DNA from: a virus
Length of the DNA: 64,000 nucleotides
Reading direction: 5' to 3' (one strand)
Virus record (IMG/VR): IMGVR_UViG_3300024339_000012
Span: 25,237-89,236 of that record
Below, one piece after another: positions 9,572 to 19,301 of this stretch. The position numbers and the translations under genes are program-made. The notes beneath the pieces are model-generated. The model was not told the DNA's origin, made no database searches, and saw nothing but the letters and a program-made list of their open reading frames with translations. Numbering within the stretch: the stretch's first letter is position 1; the number at the start of each line of letters is the position of its first letter.

Positions 9572-10057
9572 TTATTTAATAGGCTCTTTTTGTTCAGGCA
9601 ATGGATTGCTGAACAGTATGTTTTGGTTTACTCCAAGTATATCCTGCCAATGAATTATGGCAAAGATAGTTTGTTCTTCTCCAAATTTTATAGGTTCCCA
9701 GTTAGGTGACAGCGTTATTTCATCGCCAAGCTGTAGTTCATCCTCTTCTGAAAATTCTGCAATTTGCTTTTCATTCTTAACGTATTCCGGAATAAGGTTT
9801 ACTTTGTTCATCCTGAGCTGTTCATTAACTTCAGGAGCCATTGCTACAACAAAGTATCTGTTACCGGCATCAGGATTTTCAGTTGCACGGTTGTCCATAT
9901 TCTTTTCTATGGCAAGATCTTTAGGTATGAGTATATCAACGCCTTTAGCCTTAGTATATCTATCATCCCTCATTATATTCAGGACTATACGACCGTTAAC
10001 AGGTCTTAGTCGTGGTGACTGTAATTTAAAATCATCTTTTTTTTCTGATTCTTCCAT
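9572..10057 (-). CDS. GroES-like co-chaperonin
   Basis: LRPVNGRIVL, mobile-loop-like GVDILIP, VVAM, LGDEI, IIHWQDILGV. Confidence 0.65.
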   Translation of the reverse strand: MEESEKKDDFKLQSPRLRPVNGRIVLNIMRDDRYTKAKGVDILIPKDLAIEKNMDNRATENPDAGNRYFVVAMAPEVNEQLRMNKVNLIPEYVKNEKQIAEFSEEDELQLGDEITLSPNWEPIKFGEEQTIFAIIHWQDILGVNQNILFSNPLPEQKEPIK

Positions 10058-10060
10058 TGG

Positions 10061-10906
10061 TTAAGTTTTAAAATTGATTTCGTATAACTTTCTAATCTTT
10101 GGATCGTTCATGGCAATAAATTCTCCAATACGACCGTTGACAAATTTAATAGTATTTGTGAGGTTTTCTTCCTCGATGCTGATATTCTTTATTTGTAGCC
10201 ATTCCCTTATATGATCTGACAGGTCTTTCCAGTCATATCGTTCAGTAATCAGATCTCGCATACTCTCAAAGAATATCTGTTGTAGCAGGGCCTGTATTTG
10301 TGTAAAGTGACCATTGCCAAAGAATCCTTTGTCAGCTGACAATGGTGAGGGGTGTACACCTGTAAGAACAAAGTGTTTAAATGAATCTATTTCACATTCA
10401 AGGTTTTTAGCATTGTTTCCCCATAGAACGAATATTACACGTCTGGGATACTTTTCAGAAATTTCATGAATAACCTTGGTAGTAAAGTACTCCCAGCCTT
10501 TGTCTTTATGGCTATTACTTGCACCCTCGACAACGGTAAGCACTCTATTCAAAAGCAGTACTCCCTGTTCTGCCCATGGCGTAAGATCATTACTCTTAAA
10601 TAAATCGTGTTTTCCACCATACAGTTGAGCAGAGATCTCTTTAAATATGTTTCCTAATGATTTGGGTGTCTTAGGTGATTTTGAGCTAAATGACAGCCCA
10701 TGTGCATCCTTTGAATTTGGATAGGGGTCTTGGCCTATTATGACAACTTTAAGTTTGTCATATGGACATAGCTTAAAAGCATTGAGTACTTCCTCTTTTT
10801 TCGGTAGTACTTCTTTGTATTTACGTTCATAATTTACAAACGCTCTAAGGTCAGCCATCTTTGGCTCTTTCAGTATCGGGCTAATTATATGATCCCAGTC
10901 TTTCAT
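10061..10906 (-). CDS. ung: uracil-DNA glycosylase (family 1) with C-terminal extension
   Basis: VVIIGQDPY, AHGLSFS, GVLLLN, SHKDKGWE, LWG and HPSPLS catalytic motifs. Confidence 0.95.
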   Translation of the reverse strand: MKDWDHIISPILKEPKMADLRAFVNYERKYKEVLPKKEEVLNAFKLCPYDKLKVVIIGQDPYPNSKDAHGLSFSSKSPKTPKSLGNIFKEISAQLYGGKHDLFKSNDLTPWAEQGVLLLNRVLTVVEGASNSHKDKGWEYFTTKVIHEISEKYPRRVIFVLWGNNAKNLECEIDSFKHFVLTGVHPSPLSADKGFFGNGHFTQIQALLQQIFFESMRDLITERYDWKDLSDHIREWLQIKNISIEEENLTNTIKFVNGRIGEFIAMNDPKIRKLYEINFKT

Positions 10907-11097
10907 ACGAATAGTCTTTGTCGTGATTCTGTATTATCGAGTTCGTTTCTGAGAAAACTGACACTCTTATTTTTACTGAATACTCTACTGAAAGTATGTA
11001 TCATTTTCACAGTACACATTAGTTGTGTATATGTTTTACATGATTCTATACATTTCTCTATCTTGTCGAAATGCACATAAATGTTAGGATTTGTCAT
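10903..11097 (-). CDS. hypothetical protein
   Basis: ATGA-coupled ORF. Confidence 0.5.
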   Translation of the reverse strand: MTNPNIYVHFDKIEKCIESCKTYTQLMCTVKMIHTFSRVFSKNKSVSFLRNELDNTESRQRLFV

Positions 11098-11411
11098 AAG
11101 TTCAGATTTTCAATTGCATTAAGCAACCCTAATTCAAATGTGCCGTCCTTTCTTGTAAATTCTCTGATTTCTCCTACAAGATTATTTGCGATTTCTCCGA
11201 ATCCTGCTAATTGTTCATCTTTAGCATCACAATCACTTATCATATGATTAGTGCGTTTCTGATATTCTGCTATTCTATATATTTCAATAGCTTGATTCAT
11301 TGTAACATTTGATGATTTCATCAAATCTTCACATACCATTGTTATCTCTTCAAGATATGGTAATGTCATGAAATTGTTTTTTCTTTGTGATTGATCAAAT
11401 AGTGTTCCCAT
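11094..11411 (-). CDS. hypothetical protein
   Basis: Coupled ORF with a DAKDEQLAGFGE motif. Confidence 0.55.
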   Translation of the reverse strand: MGTLFDQSQRKNNFMTLPYLEEITMVCEDLMKSSNVTMNQAIEIYRIAEYQKRTNHMISDCDAKDEQLAGFGEIANNLVGEIREFTRKDGTFELGLLNAIENLNL

Positions 11412-11871
11412 CGTTTTTATTTTTAATTTGTAAATTAACTCCGTATTTGTAATGATCAGGTGGTAACGGGTGTATATCCTTTTCTGCTAAGAAATTCAAT
11501 ACATCCTCAATATAAACAGCCATCTGACCAACGCTGTACTGTTTAAGATCATCAACATATCTTAAGATGTTTTCTGATCCATCCGGAAATACAACAACCT
11601 TGGTATTTGTTCTCAAATGAGCAACAATAGCCTGGTGTATTTCATCGTATGTCCAACCAGCAAATGCTGTTGATTTCATACATGTACCCTTGATAATACC
11701 TCCGAAATAATATGCCCATTGATATTTAGTTACAGGCTCATGCTCAAGCTCAAGAGAAACATCCACACGCTTACCCTCAAGTGACTTTAACTTGCCAGAA
11801 TATAGTTTCGGATAATCATAAACTATTATACCATTCCTTACAGTTCCTTTATGTAGTACAGTAACATCCAT
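11395..11871 (-). CDS. NinB/Orf-like recombination accessory protein
   Basis: QWAYYFG, GWTYDEIH and YSVGQMAVYIEDV resemble NinB-like proteins; next to SSB-like and AAA genes. Confidence 0.55.
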   Translation of the reverse strand: MDVTVLHKGTVRNGIIVYDYPKLYSGKLKSLEGKRVDVSLELEHEPVTKYQWAYYFGGIIKGTCMKSTAFAGWTYDEIHQAIVAHLRTNTKVVVFPDGSENILRYVDDLKQYSVGQMAVYIEDVLNFLAEKDIHPLPPDHYKYGVNLQIKNKNDGNTI

Positions 11872-11925
11872 TTCGTTATATTAAAAAGTTAAGGAAGGAA
11901 ATAACTCCCTCCTTAACTCTAATGA

Positions 11926-12576
11926 CTAAAAATCGTCTTCTGCAATTTCCATGTCTGGATTAGCGTTCGTAGTTGCAGCTGGTGCATCACTCTTTGGCTG
12001 TGCTTCTTTTCTTTCAATGGTAGGTTCTGGTTCTGCAGGTGCTCCTGCAGGTGGTCTTTTATCATCAGTTCTTTTGTAAAAGTCTCCTGACGGTACTCCT
12101 CCACTTTGTTTCAAAGAAGGATCTCCAATTATTGCAGGTGGTGTATCTCCATCGGAAAAGAACTTCTTAGCAAGAAAGCTATATTCTTTACCTGTAGGTT
12201 TGCCATTCCAATAATGTACATCAAGACCAACGATTCCCCAACATTTAGCTTTTGCAAGCTGTTCTTTAGAAACTTCACCTTCAGGAAAGCCTAATGCTTT
12301 CTTCATATTGGTTAACAGGAATTCGCTTTTACAACGAATATTGTCATCTTTCCTGCCAGGATCTCCAATTGGTAGAGTTGAGTAATAGAATCCGCCGTTT
12401 ATGGTTTCTTTATTGACATTAATAAATGTTATATCCAATCCGGGGTTTCCATTTTTATCCTTTAATTCTTTTCCACTCTTATCCACAAAGGGTTTAATAG
12501 ATAAGATTTTCATTCTGTGCAATCCGGGGCTCATTATGCCTCCAGTTGACTTTTCAGTTGCTGGTAATCCACTCAT
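11926..12576 (-). CDS. putative single-stranded DNA-binding protein (DUF669-like)
   Basis: PGLHRMKI N-terminus, Pro/Ala linker, acidic aromatic tail EDDF; adjacent to the AAA_24 ATPase. Confidence 0.55.
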   Translation of the reverse strand: MSGLPATEKSTGGIMSPGLHRMKILSIKPFVDKSGKELKDKNGNPGLDITFINVNKETINGGFYYSTLPIGDPGRKDDNIRCKSEFLLTNMKKALGFPEGEVSKEQLAKAKCWGIVGLDVHYWNGKPTGKEYSFLAKKFFSDGDTPPAIIGDPSLKQSGGVPSGDFYKRTDDKRPPAGAPAEPEPTIERKEAQPKSDAPAATTNANPDMEIAEDDF

Positions 12577-12593
12577 AAGTGTAAGTATTAGTA

Positions 12594-13331
12594 TTAGTTA
12601 TAAAATTCTTCAAATTTAGCAAAAACCTCAACCAAATCATTAGGAATGAATTGATCATCAAACATTCCAAGAGGTGATTTAGCCTGTGTGCCATTTCCTT
12701 TTTGTGTACGGAAAACATATTTGTTTCCTTGATCAGATTCCTGAACTTCTGCCCAGAATACTGTTGTGAATAATCCTTCAGGAGTAATTGCCTCTCTGGT
12801 AAACTGTCCTGATGGTATTTTAAATTCACGAGTAGGAGTTGTATCATTAGTACTCTTACTTTGAGTAACATCTTCATGTGACATGATAACAACGATGAAG
12901 TCATTACGCAGTTTCTTAATGGTATCAACGAGATCTTTAAACTCTTTTGCAAACTTCTTATATTTGCTCCAGTTGTCATCCTCAAGCACGTCAAGAACAC
13001 TTCTCAGCATTGCGTAAGTAAATGTATCAATGATGACATAATCAATCGGACGTGCCTTTATTTGGTTTTCAGGCATATTGTGGATATCGATCAGAATCTT
13101 TTTTATTTCAGGAATGTAATCTTCCGGAATATAATTAGACTTCAATGAATACTTAGAAGTTCCTTCTTTAACTTCCTTTTTGTAAAGAGTTCTGAAATTC
13201 TTTGCAAATCCACGAAAAGGTAGTTCCTTGTCTTCAGGTACAATCCATATGCCCCTTTCGGGATCAAGGTTTCTCCCGCTTGTTGTTTTGCCACTACCCG
13301 AAGGTGCAACAACTAAAATTGCTCTCGCCAT
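12594..13331 (-). CDS. AAA_24 / Sak4-like P-loop ATPase
   Basis: APSGSGKTT Walker A, VIIDT Walker B, MSH, AKSPLGMF. Confidence 0.85.
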   Translation of the reverse strand: MARAILVVAPSGSGKTTSGRNLDPERGIWIVPEDKELPFRGFAKNFRTLYKKEVKEGTSKYSLKSNYIPEDYIPEIKKILIDIHNMPENQIKARPIDYVIIDTFTYAMLRSVLDVLEDDNWSKYKKFAKEFKDLVDTIKKLRNDFIVVIMSHEDVTQSKSTNDTTPTREFKIPSGQFTREAITPEGLFTTVFWAEVQESDQGNKYVFRTQKGNGTQAKSPLGMFDDQFIPNDLVEVFAKFEEFYN

Positions 13332-13370
13332 CTTTTATGATTTTAATTAAAATATTTAGTAAAAAAATAA

Positions 13371-13697
13371 TCACTTCAATTTCATTTTGTATTTCTCTAT
13401 TAAGTTTTTGTATGCATTTTTATTCTCAAACTTGCGCCTGATCTTATACCTTAGCTTTTCGTTATACACTTTTTTGTGGAAATAGAATTTCCCAAATCCA
13501 TATATACTTATTTCTATGCCCAACTTAATGAAGTATTTAATCCCATACTTTCCAAAGAATGCATCTACATACTGCTTTACCTTTACTGGTGGTAAATTCA
13601 TATCAGATGCTATTCTCTGGATAGCCTTGAAATTACTTGTAGGTTCTTTAGAATAGTGTGATATCCTCTGATTCCTGAAAACTTTCTTTTTGTTCAT
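13371..13697 (-). CDS. HU/IHF-like DNA-binding protein
   Basis: IA...LP...VK..VD.FF...EISIYGFGKF pattern. Confidence 0.6.
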   Translation of the reverse strand: MNKKKVFRNQRISHYSKEPTSNFKAIQRIASDMNLPPVKVKQYVDAFFGKYGIKYFIKLGIEISIYGFGKFYFHKKVYNEKLRYKIRRKFENKNAYKNLIEKYKMKLK

Positions 13698-15516
13698 TTT
13701 TCGCAATTAATATTGGATCGGTTTCATTGTAATTCAAGAAGTGATGATCACGACCTCTGAAACGTAATAATACTGGATATTCCTTTCTTGTCTTAACTCC
13801 AATTAGCTTAGGTGTTTTAACTTTCTGGACATGAACTTCACTTATAACTTCCTCTTTATTTTCATCTTTCAAATGAACACAAAGGATCTCATAAAACTTC
13901 TTATTCCATACTGCACCACCAGTAATCTGAAACACTGATGGAGCTGATGGATTCTTTCTATCCTCACCTTGAGGTGTTGGGGGATGCACTACAATAACTT
14001 TAATGATATTGTGAGTAGTACAGAATCTCTGTTCGGCTGATAATTCATTTTCAAGATACTGATCTAATGAGCCAGTATATCTATGATTTAATGCGTTCCA
14101 AGGGTCTGTAACAAAACCTATAATACCACGTTGACGTATCATTCTCCTTGCTACCTGACGTAATTCTTCAGGTGTATATCCCTCTTCACGATCAATAAAT
14201 TCGAAATGCTCAGATATAAACTTCTTAGCAATAGCCATGTCCTTTTCAGTAGCACGCCCATTAACATCTAAATCTATGGTGTTACCAATATAAATTTCAA
14301 TGAATATTATGTAAGCATCTTCTACGGGATAGTTCTCTGGTAGGTAACATCCGAATTTATAACCATATTTTATAGCGGCTAATATTAACAGATTAAACAT
14401 GAATGTACTCTTACCCATATTACCATAACCATTGAATCCTACTAAGTGGCCAGTCTTCCATCGGAAATGAGCCTCAAGATCTCTTACACCTGTAGGCTTA
14501 CCCTTTTTCAATCCATAAGTATATTGTTCATTGATTTTATCGCTAACATCATCAATAGTAACTACATCATCCAAAGGAAAGCTTTCAGCTCTGTCAAATG
14601 CTTCCTGTAATGCTTCAGGACCGATATGCCAAAGCACATCATTACCATCATTGCAGACAATCATTTTACCCTTCTTATCTTCATAAGTGTAATTATGGAA
14701 CTTGATTATCCTGCATTTGTCATAGCCAAAACGTCTGCCTATTTCATTACGCAGTTTAATGCCAGCGCCATCATTGTCAGTTGCAATGTAAATGATCTCA
14801 ACCTCTTCAAAATACTGATATGTATGATCAAAGTAGGATAGTGCTAAGTGATTACCTGAGTCAACTTTACCAGTCTTTACATAATACTCATTTTCCTCAA
14901 CAGATATTGACGATCCATTAGGAACACTGCAGGAATGTACTATTCCTATTTCATGGAATGATAGTGTGTCAATTTCTCCTTCAGTAATAACACAATAGTT
15001 CTTGTTATTGCGTACCCAGTCAATACCCCATGGTATAAGTTTACTACCTTTCTCAATCTTAAAATTCTTCTGACCATCACGATATTTAATCATGGTTAGC
15101 CAGCCATTTTCACGATACGAGAATGCTATACAGGGCTTCTCTACAAATGTATTGTTATGCTTTTGCCTGATAGATACTGTGGCATTACGAACTTCTCTTG
15201 AATCAAGCGTTTGGTTACTGATACCACGCTTATTAAAGTATTCACGTTGCTTGTCAGTAAGGTCTTGTAAGTGTTTTTTCTCGATTATAGGTTTGTTCTT
15301 AACCCAGTCTTTAGGAGTAAGTCCACCAGTATGACCACAATGCTGACAATACCACGTTCCTTTAACAACGTTTACAGCAAGTTTCTTCTGACCTTTCTTC
15401 TTACGGTGAGGTTCACACTTAGGACATATAACATACGCTTCGTCCTGTTCGTTTACTTTTGCCTCTACAACTCCTACAATACTAAATTCCTGATAATTAT
15501 TTGCGAATTCTGTCAT
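13648..15516 (-). CDS. Twinkle/T7-gp4-like primase-helicase
   Basis: Zn finger CPKC...CQHC; TOPRIM ITEGEID and ATDNDGAG; SF4 helicase GYGNMGKST, DPWN, VHP. Confidence 0.9.
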   Translation of the reverse strand: MTEFANNYQEFSIVGVVEAKVNEQDEAYVICPKCEPHRKKKGQKKLAVNVVKGTWYCQHCGHTGGLTPKDWVKNKPIIEKKHLQDLTDKQREYFNKRGISNQTLDSREVRNATVSIRQKHNNTFVEKPCIAFSYRENGWLTMIKYRDGQKNFKIEKGSKLIPWGIDWVRNNKNYCVITEGEIDTLSFHEIGIVHSCSVPNGSSISVEENEYYVKTGKVDSGNHLALSYFDHTYQYFEEVEIIYIATDNDGAGIKLRNEIGRRFGYDKCRIIKFHNYTYEDKKGKMIVCNDGNDVLWHIGPEALQEAFDRAESFPLDDVVTIDDVSDKINEQYTYGLKKGKPTGVRDLEAHFRWKTGHLVGFNGYGNMGKSTFMFNLLILAAIKYGYKFGCYLPENYPVEDAYIIFIEIYIGNTIDLDVNGRATEKDMAIAKKFISEHFEFIDREEGYTPEELRQVARRMIRQRGIIGFVTDPWNALNHRYTGSLDQYLENELSAEQRFCTTHNIIKVIVVHPPTPQGEDRKNPSAPSVFQITGGAVWNKKFYEILCVHLKDENKEEVISEVHVQKVKTPKLIGVKTRKEYPVLLRFRGRDHHFLNYNETDPILIAKNEQKESFQESEDITLF

Positions 15517-15519
15517 TGG

Positions 15520-16185
15520 TTATTCAAATTTCTTGTCAACATCATCTCTACTGGTAATAGTGTTGGCACTTTCTTGTTGCTTGTCGCCACCACTTTCTTT
15601 TACAATCGCCTCTTCTAAGTATTCCGTCCAGTTTTCGGAAAACCGTTGTGTTTCAAGATTAAGAAAAGTCGTTATATTCATTATGCTCCTGAAACCGGTA
15701 CTTGGATGGTTCAGGTATTTAAAGTAAGCCTCTTTCTGATCATTTATGTACTGTGATCCTACTCTGGCCACCACTTTATTATAGAGTTCTTTTCCAGCTT
15801 TTTTACTGCCATGCCATTTCCTGTCACCACGTTTTTGCCAAAAGAATTCATAGTCATCGTCAAGCTCTATTTTGTGAGCTTTCTGATATCGCTTGCTAAC
15901 AAAGAATTTATCTTCTCCATCAACAACTTTAACCTCGTACAGTCCTTTACTTTTAAGACTGCTGAGTATGGGTCTTACTTCATCAACTTTCATTGCAATC
16001 CACCTCAAAAGCCTACCTTCAGTAAACTCTTTATTCTGAATGGATAATCTGTGAATTAAGTCAATGACAACATATTCATCATTAGACAATTTTAGTCGGT
16101 GTCTAACCTTATGATTTATCACGGATTTACCATGTATGCCTCTTGTTGTGGAGAGGAACTTTTCAAACATATTACCTGTAGTCAT
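15520..16185 (-). CDS. putative replication initiator (wHTH + conserved C-terminal domain)
   Basis: wHTH-like N-terminus; YEFFW...GSKKAG...Y...NITTFLN...RF pattern of phage initiator C-termini; directly upstream of the primase-helicase. Confidence 0.55.
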   Translation of the reverse strand: MTTGNMFEKFLSTTRGIHGKSVINHKVRHRLKLSNDEYVVIDLIHRLSIQNKEFTEGRLLRWIAMKVDEVRPILSSLKSKGLYEVKVVDGEDKFFVSKRYQKAHKIELDDDYEFFWQKRGDRKWHGSKKAGKELYNKVVARVGSQYINDQKEAYFKYLNHPSTGFRSIMNITTFLNLETQRFSENWTEYLEEAIVKESGGDKQQESANTITSRDDVDKKFE

Positions 16186-16220
16186 TGTTATGAGATTAGG
16201 GATAAAAATAATGATATTCG

Positions 16221-17690
16221 TTACTCTGCATTCTGACTAACAATCTTCTTAGCCTCGTAGTACTGACCAGCTGTGATATTACCTTTCAGATCATAATTCC
16301 ATTTTCTGAGGTCTCTAAGCTGCCATGGCTTTGCAGGTAGGTTACTAATGAATTCACTTGCCTGACCTTTAGTATAAGTTATGTCGTCAGTCCATATTCC
16401 TTCATTTTTGAGCCAACCTAATTGTTTTTCAGTTGCAGGTTCGTTGAGTCTTCCAACGTGCCTTATACTGCGTTTCTTTGGTAGATTGAACAGATCAAAT
16501 CTACCTGTCTCTTGAGTTAACCGTTTAATTCTGGCTTCTCTTACTACGCGAATCTTTTCAATGTAAATATCTCTTTGTTCTTCAGAAATAAGCACACGCT
16601 CTTCCATAGGAACATCTTTTTCGATAGTCCAGTGATTTACTAAGCGATGCTGTCCAAAGTTGTCAACGAAGTCAACGATAGTACAATCAGCACGACCAAA
16701 TATAGATTTATATAGTTCTGATTTCAAACGAGTACCACGACCTATCATTTGCATATATAATGCAAGTGATTCTGTTGGCCTTGCCATAAGGATAATACCT
16801 ACATCACTGTAATCAAATCCTTCAGTCAGGATATTAACATTAGTGAGTACTTTAATGTCGCCGTTCTTAAACTTACGAACTAAAGCTTTACGTTCATCAG
16901 GATCTGTCTTACTGGTTATACATTCGCAACTAATACCATGGTTATGCTTAAATACATCTCGTACATTTTCAGCATGCTTGATATTAGCACAGAATACTAT
17001 TCCCTGCCTGTCAGCACCATATTGCTTATACTTTGTAACAATAAGGTTATTACGAACAGAGATATCTACCTTGGTGGACAGTTCCTTTATGTTAAAGTCT
17101 CCCATTGACCTTTTCACTCCTGCAATATCAACATCGGTCTTTACTCTATATGCTTCAAGTGCACATAGCCAGCCCTCGTTGATTCCTTGCTGAATAGTAT
17201 ATTCAAATGATATTTTCTCAAACAGATCAGTAAAGTTCAATCCGTCTAATCTTATTGGAGTAGCAGTAAAACCATATCTGTGTTTAACTTCAAAATACTC
17301 AACTGATTCTTTGTATGTTGGCGCAAGATAATGGTGCACTTCATCAATCAATATACAGTCGAAATGTTTTGGTTTTATTTTATCCAGGCGATTGTATATG
17401 GTCTGAACAGATGCTATTACTATTTTACGATCTATTTCAAATCGTGGGCCTTTCACAATGCCAACTTCCATAGGATACATCTGTGCGAAATCAATGTATG
17501 CCTGTTCTATTAGTTCCTCTCTATGACAAAGGAATAGAATCTTTTTGTATGACTGAGATATACCCACTGAGAGTATTCTCTTGCCTGTACCGGTTGCCAT
17601 AACAATAAGATGGTTTACTATACCATTACCTATCTCTTTGGCTACAGACTCAAACATCCTATCCTGATAGGGTCTCCATGTTATATTCAT
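16221..17690 (-). CDS. SF2 DEAD/DEAH-box helicase (Irc3/YejH-like)
   Basis: RPYQ, MATGTGK, DEVHH, TATP, LTEGFD, QMIGRGTR; C-terminal PATEKQ repeats. Confidence 0.92.
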   Translation of the reverse strand: MNITWRPYQDRMFESVAKEIGNGIVNHLIVMATGTGKRILSVGISQSYKKILFLCHREELIEQAYIDFAQMYPMEVGIVKGPRFEIDRKIVIASVQTIYNRLDKIKPKHFDCILIDEVHHYLAPTYKESVEYFEVKHRYGFTATPIRLDGLNFTDLFEKISFEYTIQQGINEGWLCALEAYRVKTDVDIAGVKRSMGDFNIKELSTKVDISVRNNLIVTKYKQYGADRQGIVFCANIKHAENVRDVFKHNHGISCECITSKTDPDERKALVRKFKNGDIKVLTNVNILTEGFDYSDVGIILMARPTESLALYMQMIGRGTRLKSELYKSIFGRADCTIVDFVDNFGQHRLVNHWTIEKDVPMEERVLISEEQRDIYIEKIRVVREARIKRLTQETGRFDLFNLPKKRSIRHVGRLNEPATEKQLGWLKNEGIWTDDITYTKGQASEFISNLPAKPWQLRDLRKWNYDLKGNITAGQYYEAKKIVSQNAE

Positions 17691-17715
17691 GTTGTTTTGA
17701 TTAAAATTTGATTGA

Positions 17716-17769
17716 CAAAGGTAGCCTTTTTATTTCACATAACGGTTAATTAAATGAAATAAAAAGGCT
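17716..17769 (-). promoter_or_regulatory. 15-bp perfect inverted repeat abutting a -7 promoter box
   Basis: agcctttttatttca (17723-17737) / tgaaataaaaaggct (17755-17769); TACCTTTG on the minus strand at 17716-17723. Confidence 0.55.
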
Positions 17770-17775
17770 GAGTAT

Positions 17776-18582
17776 TTATACACTCATGGCTGTTATCGGT
17801 TGACTCTTTTCAAGGTCAATGAAATATCCATGATGTTTAATTTGGTGATCTTTGACAAGTTGCCATATGATCTTTGCAGCATAAGTTGCTACAATAGAAT
17901 TAATGAAAGGGTCTTGTCTTTTCAAGGCTTCGAATGTACTACAGCTTGCTTCTTTATCTTCAGATTCAGATGCTTTATTCAGGTCATTACTGCTGAACAC
18001 ATCAAATATCCCGCGCAGTCTTTTCTTATAACCTTTGCCGGGCTGTTTAATATCTGCAGTAGTTCCACAAATTACCTGACCTTTATCGTATGAGTTACCA
18101 CAATCAATGTGATAGTATATCTGATCAGAATTATGATATCCATGCCTATATGTACTCGGACCTTTAATGATATGATCCATTTCAAATCTTGCTGACACAT
18201 TATCAACACAGCACACATTGAAGTTAGACGCCTTATACACTATATGATCAAAATCATCACTGTACTTCATGTATCTGTCAATAGCAGACCAGTTAAATCC
18301 AAAGTTCCTGTTTATGCGCTCGATGGTTGTACTTGCCTTTTGCTTTCCAATATCTTCCACATAATACAGCTGTCTACCAACATTAGAATCAGAAACTATA
18401 TCACCATCAATGACTGTAACATGTAGTCCTACATGATCAAGTTTTCTAAGCATGATGTTCATTCTGACAAGTTCAGAAATTAGCCTGGTACCGGTTCCTC
18501 CACATCCTACGATTGTAATAGAAATTACTTCGTCAGGATTCGTGATCTTTGCAGGAGCAAAGTGTGTATAAGTCTTTTTCAT
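17776..18582 (-). CDS. PRTRC-system ThiF/E1-like activating enzyme
   Basis: VGCGGTG, DGD.V..SNVGRQ, CVDN..AR, DCGN...GQV, SCS..EAL..Q...IN (candidate catalytic Cys). Confidence 0.9.
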   Translation of the reverse strand: MKKTYTHFAPAKITNPDEVISITIVGCGGTGTRLISELVRMNIMLRKLDHVGLHVTVIDGDIVSDSNVGRQLYYVEDIGKQKASTTIERINRNFGFNWSAIDRYMKYSDDFDHIVYKASNFNVCCVDNVSARFEMDHIIKGPSTYRHGYHNSDQIYYHIDCGNSYDKGQVICGTTADIKQPGKGYKKRLRGIFDVFSSNDLNKASESEDKEASCSTFEALKRQDPFINSIVATYAAKIIWQLVKDHQIKHHGYFIDLEKSQPITAMSV

Positions 18583-19301
18583 ATTAAATCTCCTATCGTT
18601 TTATCGTGAGGAATTATTGGCAACAGCCTTATTTCTTTCTTTTTGATATACATATTCCAAGCGTCTACAAATGTCTTAGGCTTGAATGATTTCTTATACA
18701 TATCCATTTGCTTATTCATGTGCGTAAATGGACTCTTGAAGAATATCTGTTCCCAATGAATCAGGAACTCAGCAATAGACTTACATTCATAAAGAGTCAT
18801 GATATTCTGTGACCCTAAACAAACATTATCTTTGTAATCAACATTCATAAATGGAGTAGGATACAGAATAGTATCCATTCCTTCATTTTCCTTTGCGAAA
18901 TATACATTCAGGTCTCTCTCGCTGGCATGAAATACCATCGCGGGTATCATTATATCATATCTGCCCTGCTTAATAGTTCCGTATCTATTAACTATTACTG
19001 TACGAATACATTTCTCAACGTACCATATGGCATTGTCATAGCTTTTTAGATTAAAGTAAATCAAGCCTTTTGGAATCTGATTATAAGTAACAGCACTATT
19101 CTTTATTAGCACCTCGTCTTTCTGTATGAGAATGGTTAACATGTTCTGAAGTATCTTAGCCTCAAATGGCCTGAATGAATTATCATTCTCACCTTTCATT
19201 TCAGCATAACAAACAGTATTGGCACCATTCTCATAGAAACGCATTTCTGTTTTGAGTGACATTTTACCAACGGGAATGTCTACGATTTTCTTTTTTTCCA
19301 T
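18579..19301 (-). CDS. PRTRC-system protein B (prokaryotic E2-like)
   Basis: IPAMVF...LY.TPFMNV...VCLGS...WE..FF.S.FTH motif series. Confidence 0.85.
   Translation of the reverse strand: MEKKKIVDIPVGKMSLKTEMRFYENGANTVCYAEMKGENDNSFRPFEAKILQNMLTILIQKDEVLIKNSAVTYNQIPKGLIYFNLKSYDNAIWYVEKCIRTVIVNRYGTIKQGRYDIMIPAMVFHASERDLNVYFAKENEGMDTILYPTPFMNVDYKDNVCLGSQNIMTLYECKSIAEFLIHWEQIFFKSPFTHMNKQMDMYKKSFKPKTFVDAWNMYIKKKEIRLLPIIPHDKTIGDLI

Noticed and set aside
17738-17747. cataacggtt resembling the left end of the attC-like elements
   Set aside because: No matching arm or TTGTTA right end, and it is on the strand opposite the local genes.
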